Shown here: positions 1-9,683 of the stretch, piece after piece | Position numbering within the stretch: the first letter of the stretch is position 1 | Layout of the letters: the number at the start of each line of letters is the position of its first letter | Assembly (NCBI GenBank): GCA_965197905.1 | Contig: CBDAOB010000004.1 | Span: 2,048,001-2,112,000 of the forward strand | DNA length: 64,000 nucleotides | Reading direction: 5' to 3' | DNA from: Candidatus Latescibacterota bacterium | Lineage (GTDB): Bacteria > Latescibacterota > UBA2968 > UBA8231 | The notes under the pieces: generated by a model | The model's input: only the letters and a program-made list of their open reading frames with translations | Database searches by the model: none | Told to the model about the DNA's origin: nothing | Made by a program: the position numbers and the translations under genes

Positions 1-2
1 CA

Positions 3-401
3 AGTCTGGTCCTGCTCTCGCTCCTGAACGGCATCCCGGGATACGAAGCTGCGCAACACGGCCTGGGTGCCAACGGCAATCCGCGGGACATGACCACCGG
101 CACCCTGCTGGGGTGGGAGATCGTTTTGACCGCGCTCTTCCTCTTCACGATTTTCACTGCAACCCGAAGTGACTCAGCTCCTGGATTCGCTGGGCTGGCC
201 ATCGGGGGTTTCCTCTTCGTGGCGCACCTGGTCGGTGCTCAGCTGGGAGACTCCTCGTTGAACCCGGCGCGCAGTTTTGGTCCAGCCATCATTCAAGGGG
301 GCGCCGCACTCAGCACCCTGTGGGTGTTTATCGTCGGGCCCATTGTGGGGGGTGTGATCGGATTGATCCTTTACAAGATCGTGCATACAGAAGATAGCTG
401 A
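3..401 (+). CDS. MIP/aquaporin family channel, 5' truncated by the window edge
   Basis: Frame is open from nt 3; hydrophobic helices and the second NPA box (SLNPARSFGPA). Confidence 0.9.
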   Translation, partial: SLVLLSLLNGIPGYEAAQHGLGANGNPRDMTTGTLLGWEIVLTALFLFTIFTATRSDSAPGFAGLAIGGFLFVAHLVGAQLGDSSLNPARSFGPAIIQGGAALSTLWVFIVGPIVGGVIGLILYKIVHTEDS

Positions 402-505
402 AAAGTTCCGGGCGGTACGGAACAGCATCAAACGTGATGGGCGGTCCTCCGCGGCGGAGGATCGCCCATTTTTTCACCATGGACACTTGCCAGGGAGAGT
501 TAGAG

Positions 506-1531
506 ATGCCGTTGAGAATTGGAATCGTGGGCGCAGGAGAAAACACGCGGACCCGTCACATTCCCGGATTTCAGAAGATAGAGGGCGTCGAGGTCGTCGC
601 GGTGTGCAACCGGACCCTCGCCTCGGGGCAAAAGGTTGCAGATGAGTTCGGCATCCCCGCTGTCCACGAGGACTGGCGGGCATTGGTGACCAGTGCCGAC
701 GTGGACGCCGTGTGTATCGGGACGTGGCCCTATATGCACTGCCCCGTCACGTTGGAGGCACTTGCGGCGGATAAGCACGTTCTGACCGAGGCTCGCATGG
801 CGATGAATCTGGACGAGGCGCGACAGATGCACGCCGCTTCGACCGAGTCCGACAAGGTCGCGATGATCGTTCCCGCTCCCATCTGGTTGGAGACCGAATC
901 CGCGCTGCTGGAAATGGTGAGTGCCGGGCAGTTCGGTGACTTTCTGGAGATCCACGTATGCGGACTCGGAGGGGGGTACGATCCGCAGGCACCGCTGCAC
1001 TGGCGCCAACGGAGGGAATTGTCCGGAAACAACATCATGATCACGGGGATTCTGAACGAAACGGTTCATCGCTACGCCGATGTGGAGAGTTCAGTATCGG
1101 CATCCGGCAGCGTTTTCACGAAAGAACGGACCAACCCCGAAACAGGATCCGCCGGCGTTGCGGACGTACCGGAGAGTCTCGGCATCGTGGCGCAGATGCA
1201 GGGCGGCGCCACGGCAGTGTACCATGTGAGTAGCGTCGCTCACCTCGGTGAGGAAGCTTCCGTTACCGTTTTTGGCACCAAAGGCAGCTTCAGGTTGGAT
1301 GGGGTCGGAGCGTGGATAGCCACGTCATCCGAAACGGCATTCCGGCCCCTTGAGGTGCCTTTAGAGGAGCAGGGAGGCTGGCGGGTCGAGGAGGAGTTCG
1401 TAGAGGCAGTATTAGAGGGGAAACCGGTTACCCACACCTCGTTTGCCGACGGAATTCGATATATGGAATTCACCGAAGCGGTGAATATCAGCATGCGGGA
1501 GGGCCGCAGGGTAGACCTACCGCTTCCCTGA
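506..1531 (+). CDS. Gfo/Idh/MocA family NAD(P)-dependent oxidoreductase
   Basis: N-terminal Rossmann motif (MPLRIGIVGAG), VDAVCIGT..H and KHVLTEAR (EKP-equivalent). Start set at ATG 506 after GGGAG rather than the ORF-track start 434. Confidence 0.88.
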   Translation: MPLRIGIVGAGENTRTRHIPGFQKIEGVEVVAVCNRTLASGQKVADEFGIPAVHEDWRALVTSADVDAVCIGTWPYMHCPVTLEALAADKHVLTEARMAMNLDEARQMHAASTESDKVAMIVPAPIWLETESALLEMVSAGQFGDFLEIHVCGLGGGYDPQAPLHWRQRRELSGNNIMITGILNETVHRYADVESSVSASGSVFTKERTNPETGSAGVADVPESLGIVAQMQGGATAVYHVSSVAHLGEEASVTVFGTKGSFRLDGVGAWIATSSETAFRPLEVPLEEQGGWRVEEEFVEAVLEGKPVTHTSFADGIRYMEFTEAVNISMREGRRVDLPLP

Positions 1532-1569
1532 GGATTCGCGACGCTGCGAACTCGAAGCTGGGGTCGGAT

Positions 1570-3051
1570 CTAGAGGATCTGCTGGTCGATGTTCATGGCG
1601 ACCATGTCATGTATCTGACTGTCGCCAAGGGCGGTGGGCGATTGTTTTTCGAGTACGGCTTGTTCGTGCAATTCATCCATAGTCACGCAGCCGGTGGTCG
1701 CCAGGGTTGCTCCCAGAATCTGCAGGATAATCGGTAGTTTCTCGTATACCGAACCCATGTGGGGAACGTAACCGGTGATGCCCTCTTCGAAAAAGAATTC
1801 CTTGGCTTGGGCGTAGCGCCGGAAATTGCGGGCCTTGGTGCTTCCTTCCATCCAATATTCCTTGACGATCTCGCCGGCGGCGTTGCGGACGAGATTGCCT
1901 TCGCTCTCGGTATAACGGGCGAAAAAGTTGCCCATCATCAGGGCATCGGCGCCGAGGGCGAGAGCAACCGACATCTCGGCTGTGGTGGATATGCCCCCGT
2001 CCGCAATTAAGGGGAGATAACGCCCCTCCTTTTTCGCCAGCTCGTCCCGAGCCGGCGCGATGTCCATCAACGCCGTTGCCTGGCCCCTGCCCGTGGCTTT
2101 GATCTCCTGGGTCGTGCAACCCGATCCGATACCCATCCCGATCTTGACCGCGTCGGCGCCGGCCGCTGCGAGAAATTCGAACCCGGCGGCGGTAACCACG
2201 TTTCCTCCCACTATCGGCACGTCGAATTCGGATTTGCTCCAACCCAACGCCTGCTTCTGATAGTGGGTGTGTCCATCGGCAGCGTCGATCACCAGGACAT
2301 CGACCTCCCTTTCGACCAACGCCCGCACTCGATCCCGGTCTTCGGGGTGGGTCGATATGGCGGCCCCCACAAGAAGCCGCTTCTTTTCGTCGATCGATTC
2401 GTTGGGATGCTGCAGGTGTTTGTCAAGATCCTTCTTGAATACCACCGATTGCAGCAAGCCGTCTTTGGATACGATCGGCAACACCCCCCGGCCGTACTGT
2501 ATCATCAATTCGTTCGCCTGCGACAGGTCATCGATCTCCACCCCGGTCTGCACATCCGTCTTCATGCGGTCGACCACCTTTTTCTCGTGGTCTCTGCGGA
2601 CGTCGAAGTCCTTGTCGGTAATAATGCCCAACAGCTTTCCGTTGGGTTGCCCACACTCGGTTACGGGAAAGGTGGTATATCCGTTTTCCTCGATGATGTC
2701 GATGACATCGGCGATGGCTTGCTGCGGGGAAAGGGTTTTGATATTCGTCTGAAATCCCGCCTTGAACCGTTTTACGCGATCGATCGCATCACACTGGTCT
2801 TCCATCGGCTGACTGACGGGAAGGATTCCAATGCCACCCAGCTGTGCGATGGCAATAGCCATCTCGGTTCCAGTCACCGCCTGCATGGCCGCACTTATGA
2901 ACGGTATGTGAAGATTGAGGAACTCATCCTCGGATCGGCAAAGTCGCGTGCGCAGTGAAACGTGGGGCGTCGATCCGTTGCTGGCGGTAAAACCTGGTAG
3001 GAGGCGAAACTCTTTGAGACTGCAGGAAGGAGCCGTTAATACCTTGGCCAT
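1570..3051 (-). CDS. guaB: IMP dehydrogenase with CBS pair
   Basis: IPFISAAMQAVT, IAQLGGIG, CBS insert, VGGNVVT, catalytic Cys loop GMGIGSGCTT, IADGGI, KEYWMEGS. Confidence 0.88.
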   Translation of the reverse strand: MAKVLTAPSCSLKEFRLLPGFTASNGSTPHVSLRTRLCRSEDEFLNLHIPFISAAMQAVTGTEMAIAIAQLGGIGILPVSQPMEDQCDAIDRVKRFKAGFQTNIKTLSPQQAIADVIDIIEENGYTTFPVTECGQPNGKLLGIITDKDFDVRRDHEKKVVDRMKTDVQTGVEIDDLSQANELMIQYGRGVLPIVSKDGLLQSVVFKKDLDKHLQHPNESIDEKKRLLVGAAISTHPEDRDRVRALVEREVDVLVIDAADGHTHYQKQALGWSKSEFDVPIVGGNVVTAAGFEFLAAAGADAVKIGMGIGSGCTTQEIKATGRGQATALMDIAPARDELAKKEGRYLPLIADGGISTTAEMSVALALGADALMMGNFFARYTESEGNLVRNAAGEIVKEYWMEGSTKARNFRRYAQAKEFFFEEGITGYVPHMGSVYEKLPIILQILGATLATTGCVTMDELHEQAVLEKQSPTALGDSQIHDMVAMNIDQQIL

Positions 3052-3104
3052 GGGTCACCTTTGGGATAGGATGATCCCTAGAGATAATACGTACAAGTGA
3101 AATT

Positions 3105-3132
3105 TTGTTCAAATAGACTGCTGTGATATATT
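3105..3132 (+). promoter_or_regulatory. Putative sigma70 promoter of the YtxH operon
   Basis: TTGTTC, then extended -10 TG-A-TATATT, in the AT-rich divergent gap; SD GGAGGAGGG lies before ATG 3202. Confidence 0.45.
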
Positions 3133-3201
3133 CTAAAGGCGAAACATGAGGCCAACGGATACATAGGCCTTACCTGCCAGAAACCGGAGGAGGGAGTCCG
3201 A

Positions 3202-3462
3202 ATGTCTTATAGAAGAACCTATTCAAGCCCCGATGACGCGGGGCACGCCGGCAGTTTTCTCGCTGGTTGTCTTGCGGGTGCGGTGATTGGCGGCGTACTC
3301 GGAATGCTGCTCGCACCCCATCGTGGCGATATCACCCGCCGCAAGATTGTCCGCAAAGCGGAGGATACCAAGGATCAAGTGATAGAAGCCGTTGAGGAAC
3401 GCCTAGATGTCCTGAAGACGCAGGAGGAAAGCGAACATGCCGACGAAGAAGCAAATAACTGA
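3202..3462 (+). CDS. YtxH-domain protein
   Basis: FLAGCLAGAVIGGVLGMLLAP-x-RG-x-x-TRRKI signature followed by a charged helical tail; strong SD. Confidence 0.85.
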   Translation: MSYRRTYSSPDDAGHAGSFLAGCLAGAVIGGVLGMLLAPHRGDITRRKIVRKAEDTKDQVIEAVEERLDVLKTQEESEHADEEANN

Positions 3463-3787
3463 GACCCTTAGAGAACGCCTCAGCGACGTAGCCGAGCGCG
3501 GCAAAATCATCGGTCAAGCGTTACGAGTGCGAGCGGATATGGCTGTTACCCGCAGGCGTTTGCGATCAACCTTTGCCGAACTTGGCGAGGAGATCTACGA
3601 ACGCATGATCGGTGGATCCAACGGCTCGGTTTCGGCCGACGACACCTTGAACTCCTTTCGCACCCGGATCGACGGACTAAAGGAGGAGCTGAAGAGTCAT
3701 GAGGAGGAGCTCGACAAGGTTATGCATCCAAATCACGGGCGCGTAGAGGCGGACGCCGCCAAAGAATCCGAGACGCAATCGTCATAA
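3437..3787 (+). CDS. Hypothetical coiled-coil protein
   Basis: SD GGAGGA upstream of ATG; helical, charged composition; overlaps the end of the YtxH gene. Confidence 0.7.
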   Translation: MPTKKQITETLRERLSDVAERGKIIGQALRVRADMAVTRRRLRSTFAELGEEIYERMIGGSNGSVSADDTLNSFRTRIDGLKEELKSHEEELDKVMHPNHGRVEADAAKESETQSS

Positions 3788-3797
3788 AACCAGGAGC

Positions 3798-5591
3798 CTA
3801 CGCCGATTTCTGCTTTTCCGGATCGTAATGTAGCTGGTACAACCTGGCATAGATACCCCGTCGGGAGATGAGTTCCTCGTGCCGGCCCTGCTCCCGTATC
3901 TCGCCCTTGTGCATGACCAGGATTTGGTCCGCATTGCGAATGGTGGACAACCGGTGCGCAATGACGATCGACGTACGCTCCTTCATCAAGCGAGAGATCG
4001 CTTTCTGAACGAGGTGCTCCGTTTCTGTGTCGATGCTCGAAGTAGCCTCATCCAGCACCAGGATCTCCGGTTGAAACGCAACAGCCCGCGCAAATGACAA
4101 AAGTTGCCGTTCGCCGGCAGATAGAGTAGACCCCCCCTCCGCTACCGGGTGTTTCATGCCTCCGGGGAGACGGTCAATGAAGCGGCGAGCATTTACGTAG
4201 CCGGCTGCCTCCTCTGCTCGGGCTTCACTCACTTCGCTGCCCAGCGTAATATTCCCCGAGATATCACCAGAAAACAGAAAAACGTCCTGCTGGACGATAC
4301 TGATGCGTTGGCGCAGCTCATCCACGTTCCAATCCACGATGTCGCGACCGTCCACCAAAATCTTTCCGGTCTGAATCTCATAGAAGCGGCAAAGCAGGTT
4401 GACGATGGTGGTTTTTCCCGATCCGGTGGCGCCCACCAACGCCAGGCTCTGGCCCGCTTCAACTCGAAAAGAGACGTCCTTCAAGACGAATTCCTCGGCG
4501 GCGGCATCGTATTTGAACGACACGTGTTGAAATTCGATCACGCCCTTTAGATCGGGCAACGGCGCGCCTTTTCTGCCTCCTTCCGGCTCTGGCTCCAGAT
4601 CCAGCAGCTCAAAAATCCGCTCTGAGGCTGCCATGGCGCTCTGCAACAGTGCATAGCGGTCGTTGATATCCATGACCGGACGAAAAAAGCGCCGAATGTA
4701 CTGGAGAAAAGCAACTAGAACGCCCAGTTCGATGCTGGTGTCCAGCACCGACAGGGAGCCGTACCAGACGATCAATGCCATGCCGACGGTACCGATGAAC
4801 TCGGAGAGCGGAAAGAAAATAGCATAGTAGTGAATCTCCCGGTCTTCGGCCTTGCGGTAGGGAATGTGTTCGCCGTCGAAGTCCCTGGCATTCTGCGTTT
4901 GGCGATTAAAAAGCTGAACCACCTCCATTCCGCTGATATTCTCCTGCAGGAAGGAGTTGAGCCGGGCAAGACGTGTGCGCAGCTCGCGATAGGCGCTCAT
5001 GGCCAGGCCCTGCAGGTAAAAGGTCGTCACAAACAACACGGGAACGACCACACATGATACGAGGGTGAGTTTAACGTCCATGTGCGCCATGAATCCGACG
5101 ATGGCGATCAAGGTGAAGATGTCCATGAACACAGACACAACACCTTCGGTGAAAAACTCGTTGAGGGCTTCCACGTCGTTGGTCGTGCGCGTCATGATAC
5201 GACCGATCGGGGTGCGATCGAAATAGCGCATGGGCAAGCGCTGCAGATGGGCGAAGATCTGTCGCCGCAGATCGCGCATCACCAGTTGGCCGGTTACCTC
5301 GGTGACGATCGTCTGACCGTACTGGGCGAGGTAATGCAGGGCGATGCTGCCGAAAAACAGTGCGACAATCCAGGTAAGGCCGTCCAGGTCGCCCGCGATT
5401 ATGTGTTCGTCGATGGCGACCTGAGTAAGCCGCGGACCTACCTGGCTGGTGGCCGCGGCAGCCACGATCAGCAGCAGAGCGGCACAGACTCTCCCCAGGT
5501 AAGGTTTCATGTAGAGCAACAGGCGCCACATGAGCTTTGGCTCGAAGGCGCGGTACTGCAGCTCTTCTTCCCGATTCAGCTCCGTGTTCAC
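3798..5591 (-). CDS. ABC exporter TMD-NBD subunit (MdlB-like)
   Basis: TM domain, Walker A GATGSGKT, signature LSAGERQ, Walker B ILVLDE, IAHRLST. Confidence 0.92.
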   Translation of the reverse strand: MNTELNREEELQYRAFEPKLMWRLLLYMKPYLGRVCAALLLIVAAAATSQVGPRLTQVAIDEHIIAGDLDGLTWIVALFFGSIALHYLAQYGQTIVTEVTGQLVMRDLRRQIFAHLQRLPMRYFDRTPIGRIMTRTTNDVEALNEFFTEGVVSVFMDIFTLIAIVGFMAHMDVKLTLVSCVVVPVLFVTTFYLQGLAMSAYRELRTRLARLNSFLQENISGMEVVQLFNRQTQNARDFDGEHIPYRKAEDREIHYYAIFFPLSEFIGTVGMALIVWYGSLSVLDTSIELGVLVAFLQYIRRFFRPVMDINDRYALLQSAMAASERIFELLDLEPEPEGGRKGAPLPDLKGVIEFQHVSFKYDAAAEEFVLKDVSFRVEAGQSLALVGATGSGKTTIVNLLCRFYEIQTGKILVDGRDIVDWNVDELRQRISIVQQDVFLFSGDISGNITLGSEVSEARAEEAAGYVNARRFIDRLPGGMKHPVAEGGSTLSAGERQLLSFARAVAFQPEILVLDEATSSIDTETEHLVQKAISRLMKERTSIVIAHRLSTIRNADQILVMHKGEIREQGRHEELISRRGIYARLYQLHYDPEKQKSA

Positions 5592-7330
5592 ATCGCCTCC
5601 AGTTCTGCGGTCAGCTCCTGTCGGCGAAACAGTTCGGCGTAAAATCCCCCGGCCGTCACGAGTTCCCTATGGCTCCCTCGTTCGGCAATCTCCCCGTCGT
5701 TGAGCACGATGATCTGGTCCGCCAACCGCAGGGTCGAGATGCGGTGGGCAACGATGATGGCGGTGCGCTCCGCGAGAAACCCGAACAGGTGTTCGAGGAT
5801 GGCGTTTTCGGTCCGCGTGTCCACTGCCGACAGGGCGTCATCCAGAATGAGTATCTGTGGTTCGAGAAGCAGCGCTCTGCCCAGGGTGGCGCGCTGCTTC
5901 TGGCCCCCCGACAACGTTACACCCCGTTCCCCGATCAAGGTTTCGAAACCTTCGTTGAATTCCGTTACATCCTCGGACAATTCTGCTAGGGCGGCGGCGG
6001 CTACGATCCGATTCTGCGAAACATCGGGTCGACCGTAGGCGAGGTTGGCGCTGATGCTGTTGGAGAACAGGAAGGGATTCTGGGACACATACCCGATGCC
6101 GGCGCGAATCCGCTCCGGGGGCCAGTCCTCGATCGGAACGCCGTCGAGCAGCAGCTCACCTGGATTGCTGCGAATCAACCGGGGGATGAGGCGAACCAGA
6201 GTAGTTTTACCGGCGCCTACCCGGCCGCATATGCCCAACGTAGATCCGGCTGGGATATCCAGATCGACCGATCGCAGCACCCGGTGCTCGCCATAGCTGA
6301 AACTGAGATTGCGGAACTGAATCCCCCCTACCAGACTCCTTCCTTGCGCAGCGAAGAAACGTTTTTCCACCGGAGGTTGGGTGTTCAGCACCTCATTGAT
6401 TCGCCGCATGGCCACGAGGGCTCTCTGCGTCCGATCCACCACCCAGCCAATGTAGGCGATGGGGCGTATGAGGACGGTCAAATAGGCGTTGAGCGCCACG
6501 AAGTCACCCATGGAAATGGCCCCTTCAACCAGGGCGTGGCCACCGAACCACAGGTTGAGTCCAAGGCCTATCGACGCGACCAGATGCGTGAACGGTCGGT
6601 AAACGGCATGGGTTTGGATGAGCAGGTTGTTCTTGTCGAGGTAGTCCGCATTGAGTTTCTCAAAGGCGGTCGTTTGCACCGGTCCCTGGACATACGCCTT
6701 CACGACTCGAATTCCGGCGAGGTTCTCCTGAATGAAATTGCTCATGAAGCCGAAGAATCTCTGGATGGCGCCGAAACGAGCGCGTACCAGACCAGCCATG
6801 CGGACCACGAACAAACTCAGCACGACCAATGGTATGAGCACGATGAGTGACAGCCTCAGGTCGATCATACACATCAAGGTGATGGTAAATCCGAGGGTAA
6901 GAGTGATCTCAGCAAGCCCGCGAACGCCGTACATAAAGAAGATTCTGATGGAAGTAAGGTCATTGGTCGCTCGAGCCATCAGGTCGCCGGTCTTGTGTTT
7001 CTGGTAATAAGCCAGGGGCAACTTCAACAGATGGCCGAAATAGGCAGTGCGGATGTCGTATTCTATGTGGGTTGAGGTGAAACCGAGAAAACGTCGCATG
7101 GCGTAGCTGCCGGCGGCTACGACTACGGCCAGACCGAGGATCTGAGCCACCATGAGATACACGACATGGAGCGTCTGGGATGCGGGTACCCCGGCGTCAA
7201 TGGAGTTTACCGCATCACCCAGCAGCAGAGGTATGCGCGCCGCCGCAGCCTGAGCTACGGCAATGACTGCCAGCCCGCATAAAATGTGCCTGAGGTATGG
7301 CCGGATGTAGTGGCGGAAAGGACCAAACAT
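5588..7330 (-). CDS. ABC exporter TMD-NBD subunit (MdlA-like), heterodimer partner
   Basis: TGDLMARATND, Walker A GRVGAGKT, LSGGQKQ, degenerate Walker B ILILDD; 4-nt overlap with partner. Start ATG 7330 or TTG 7342. Confidence 0.92.
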   Translation of the reverse strand: MFGPFRHYIRPYLRHILCGLAVIAVAQAAAARIPLLLGDAVNSIDAGVPASQTLHVVYLMVAQILGLAVVVAAGSYAMRRFLGFTSTHIEYDIRTAYFGHLLKLPLAYYQKHKTGDLMARATNDLTSIRIFFMYGVRGLAEITLTLGFTITLMCMIDLRLSLIVLIPLVVLSLFVVRMAGLVRARFGAIQRFFGFMSNFIQENLAGIRVVKAYVQGPVQTTAFEKLNADYLDKNNLLIQTHAVYRPFTHLVASIGLGLNLWFGGHALVEGAISMGDFVALNAYLTVLIRPIAYIGWVVDRTQRALVAMRRINEVLNTQPPVEKRFFAAQGRSLVGGIQFRNLSFSYGEHRVLRSVDLDIPAGSTLGICGRVGAGKTTLVRLIPRLIRSNPGELLLDGVPIEDWPPERIRAGIGYVSQNPFLFSNSISANLAYGRPDVSQNRIVAAAALAELSEDVTEFNEGFETLIGERGVTLSGGQKQRATLGRALLLEPQILILDDALSAVDTRTENAILEHLFGFLAERTAIIVAHRISTLRLADQIIVLNDGEIAERGSHRELVTAGGFYAELFRRQELTAELEAM

Positions 7331-7415
7331 GAAGGGTCGCAAATATAGGCGGGGCCGGAGTCCCGCTCAACAAACGCTGGGATGGGCACGACGTCGCTTC
7401 GCGCCCGGGCAGCTT

Positions 7416-8015
7416 CTAGAAGAGCTCGGGGGATCGCTGGCGCAGCAGCGAAGCCATTTCGCGCGCTGCCTTTGCCCTGTGGCTAATGCGATTTTTTTCA
7501 GCGGTGGGGATTTCGGCCATGGTCTTTTGATGATCCGGCAAATAGAAGATAGGATCGTAGCCAAAACCGGACGCTCCCGAGGGCGCTTGGGCGATGAATC
7601 CCTCGCAGACCCCAGTGGTATCCAAACACGTGCCATCTGGGAAGGTCACCACCATACAACATTTGAAGCGAGCGGAGCGTTGAGAAAATTCGGTGACCTC
7701 CCTCAAATTGTGCAGTAGCAACTCGAGCCGCCCGACATCGTCTAGATCCGCGCCTCCGTACCGCGCCGAGTGAACGCCTGGCTCGCCGCCCAGAGCGTCC
7801 ACCTCAAGGCCAGAATCGTCGGCGAGCGCCACCATGCTCGCAGCTGTCGCGAACGCCCGGGCTTTTATCTCCGCATTCTCGGCAAAGGTCTGGCCCGACT
7901 CGTTGACCTCGAGCACCAGATCCAACTCAGAGGGGGTTTTGAGCGCCACGGGTGCCAGCAGGGATCGCAACTCGCGTAGCTTCCCGGGGTTTGACGTGGC
8001 GAGCAATACAGGCAC
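7416..8015 (-). CDS. rdgB: RdgB/HAM1 non-canonical purine NTP pyrophosphatase
   Basis: ATSNPGKLRE, ADDSGL, PGVHSARY, GFGYDPIF, KNRISHR. Confidence 0.95.
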   Translation of the reverse strand: MPVLLATSNPGKLRELRSLLAPVALKTPSELDLVLEVNESGQTFAENAEIKARAFATAASMVALADDSGLEVDALGGEPGVHSARYGGADLDDVGRLELLLHNLREVTEFSQRSARFKCCMVVTFPDGTCLDTTGVCEGFIAQAPSGASGFGYDPIFYLPDHQKTMAEIPTAEKNRISHRAKAAREMASLLRQRSPELF

Positions 8016-8028
8016 GGCGATTTGTTAA

Positions 8029-9093
8029 CTACGGAGTACCCTTCGTCAACTCGTCCAGCTTGAAGGCGCAGTAATCCTTGAAGCGGCTGTCGTTTATGGC
8101 CTTCAAATACCAGCTTCGGGCTTTCTTCAGTTGTCCGAGCCTGGCATAGGTGTCGCCAAGAAGCACCTCGGCCGGGTGGTAATCTCCGTCGAGCGACAGC
8201 GCGGCGTTACCCGAGACGACCGCTTTGTCGTACTCGCTTACCGCCAAATAAGCCTCGCCCAAGCGGTAATGGGTTTCCGCGCTCTGGGGTCGAAGCTTGA
8301 CAGCCTGCGCGAGTGCGGGCACCGCTTCCTGCGGTTTCTCCAACCGCGTGAGAAGGGATCCAAGAAGCAGAAATCCTTCACCGTGTTGCGGATCGATTCG
8401 AGTAGCTCGACGCAACAAAAAGATCGCTCCGGCCACGTCATCCTGCTCCACGAGAATCTGCGCGAGACCTCCGTAGGCTCCAGTGTAGGTAGAATCGCGC
8501 TCGATCGCCCGCTCGTACGCTGCTTTTGCCAGGGCGGGGGCGCGATCCTGCCGATGCAAATCGCCAAGCGCTTTGTGAGGTTTGGCATTCCTGGGGTCCG
8601 CTGTCGTAGCCGCGCCGAACGCGCGTTTGGCAGCGTCCGAGTTTCTCAGACGGGCGTGGCACAGACCGAGATTGTATTGGGCCTCGCTACTTCCCGGCTC
8701 AAGTTCGAGAACGGCCTCGAACGACTGTATGGCCTCGGTATACTTGCGCTGTTGGAAGTTTTCCAGGGCAAATCGCCGGTGCAGCCTCGACAGACGCTTG
8801 GCCAGCCGTTCCCGAGAAATGCCGGAACGCTGCGCCGCCTCGAAGGAGCTGATCGCTTTGCGGTATTCATTCAAATTCTCGTACGCCTGGCCCAAGAGAA
8901 AATGGGCGGCACCGTAGGTAGAATCCATGCTGGCAGCCTGTTCCAACTCGATAGCAGCGTTGCGAAAATTCCTCGATCTAAGGAGTTCGAAGCCAGCGCG
9001 ATAGCGCTCGATAGCTGCTTGAGGTTGGGAACGACCCGGCTGCACGAGCAAGAGAGACCCAGCCATTGTGGATACCAAAACTCGAGTAAACAT
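8029..9093 (-). CDS. Exported tetratricopeptide-repeat protein
   Basis: Signal-like N-terminus (MFTRVLVSTMAGSLLLVQPGRSQ) and many TPR units (AHFLLGQAY, AQYNLGLCH, THYRLGEAY); SD GGAGAG before ATG 9093. Confidence 0.85.
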   Translation of the reverse strand: MFTRVLVSTMAGSLLLVQPGRSQPQAAIERYRAGFELLRSRNFRNAAIELEQAASMDSTYGAAHFLLGQAYENLNEYRKAISSFEAAQRSGISRERLAKRLSRLHRRFALENFQQRKYTEAIQSFEAVLELEPGSSEAQYNLGLCHARLRNSDAAKRAFGAATTADPRNAKPHKALGDLHRQDRAPALAKAAYERAIERDSTYTGAYGGLAQILVEQDDVAGAIFLLRRATRIDPQHGEGFLLLGSLLTRLEKPQEAVPALAQAVKLRPQSAETHYRLGEAYLAVSEYDKAVVSGNAALSLDGDYHPAEVLLGDTYARLGQLKKARSWYLKAINDSRFKDYCAFKLDELTKGTP

Positions 9094-9254
9094 AAATCTC
9101 TCCAGGGACCCGAACGACGGACATTTCCCACGGAACCGGCTAAAAAAGAATCCGTCCTTATCCCTGCGGAAAAGACCGGATTGTGTTGGTAGTGTCGATA
9201 GCGGTGGCGGCATTTCAGCGTCTACAATGCCCCACGTAACGCAAAAGGTGGACG

Positions 9255-9482
9255 CTAGAAATGTGCCCTTATTTCATCTTCTTCCGGAAATCGACCTTCT
9301 TCCAGCTTGGAAAAGACGAGTTCGCCGTCAATCGTAACTTCAAATCGTCCTCCGTCCGAGGGCACGACGACGAACTGGGAGATGTCCTGCTTGTACTCTT
9401 TCAACAACGATTCCGTCAAACTGACGGCTTGGGTGACGTAACCTCAGCCGGTGCAGTATTCCAGCTCTACCTTTTTGGCCAT
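9255..9482 (-). CDS. SelW/SelT/SelH (Rdx family) selenoprotein, CxxU motif, 75 aa
   Basis: Manual translation MAKKVELEYCTG(U)GYVTQAVSLTESLLKEYKQDISQFVVVPSDGGRFEVTIDGELVFSKLEEGRFPEEDEIRAHF; in-frame TGA at 9444-9446; SD GAAGGAG; absent from the ORF track. Confidence 0.92.
9413..9427 (-). promoter_or_regulatory. Putative bacterial SECIS hairpin
   Basis: mRNA CCGUCA-GUU-UGACGG, with the apical GU starting 23 nt after the UGA. Confidence 0.65.
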
Positions 9483-9555
9483 GGGTCTCCTTCGAGCAGA
9501 TGTGGATTCGAATTAGATTGGTGCGGAATTGTGGTTGGCGCCGGATCGATTAGTA

Positions 9556-9584
9556 AAGGTATATTAGGCGTGGTCTGTTGTCAA
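9556..9584 (-). promoter_or_regulatory. Putative sigma70 promoter of the selenoprotein gene
   Basis: TTGACA-17 nt-TACCTT on the minus strand. Confidence 0.5.
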
Positions 9585-9683
9585 AGATCATTCGAGGCGC
9601 TAAACTATCTTGTTTTGACAATTTAGGCAACATCGAGCAGCTGCAGAATTGCCAGGTGACCCGCCGTCGGGCACTGAGGATTG

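Noticed and set aside
8131..9192. 353-aa plus-strand ORF
   Set aside because: Antisense shadow of the TPR gene; no motifs.
9444..9446. In-frame TGA read as a nonsense mutation (pseudogene)
   Set aside because: It falls exactly at the second redox position of CxxU and is followed by a SECIS-like hairpin.
9261..9626. 121-aa plus-strand ORF
   Set aside because: Antisense to the selenoprotein gene, which has the SD, family motifs and SECIS candidate.
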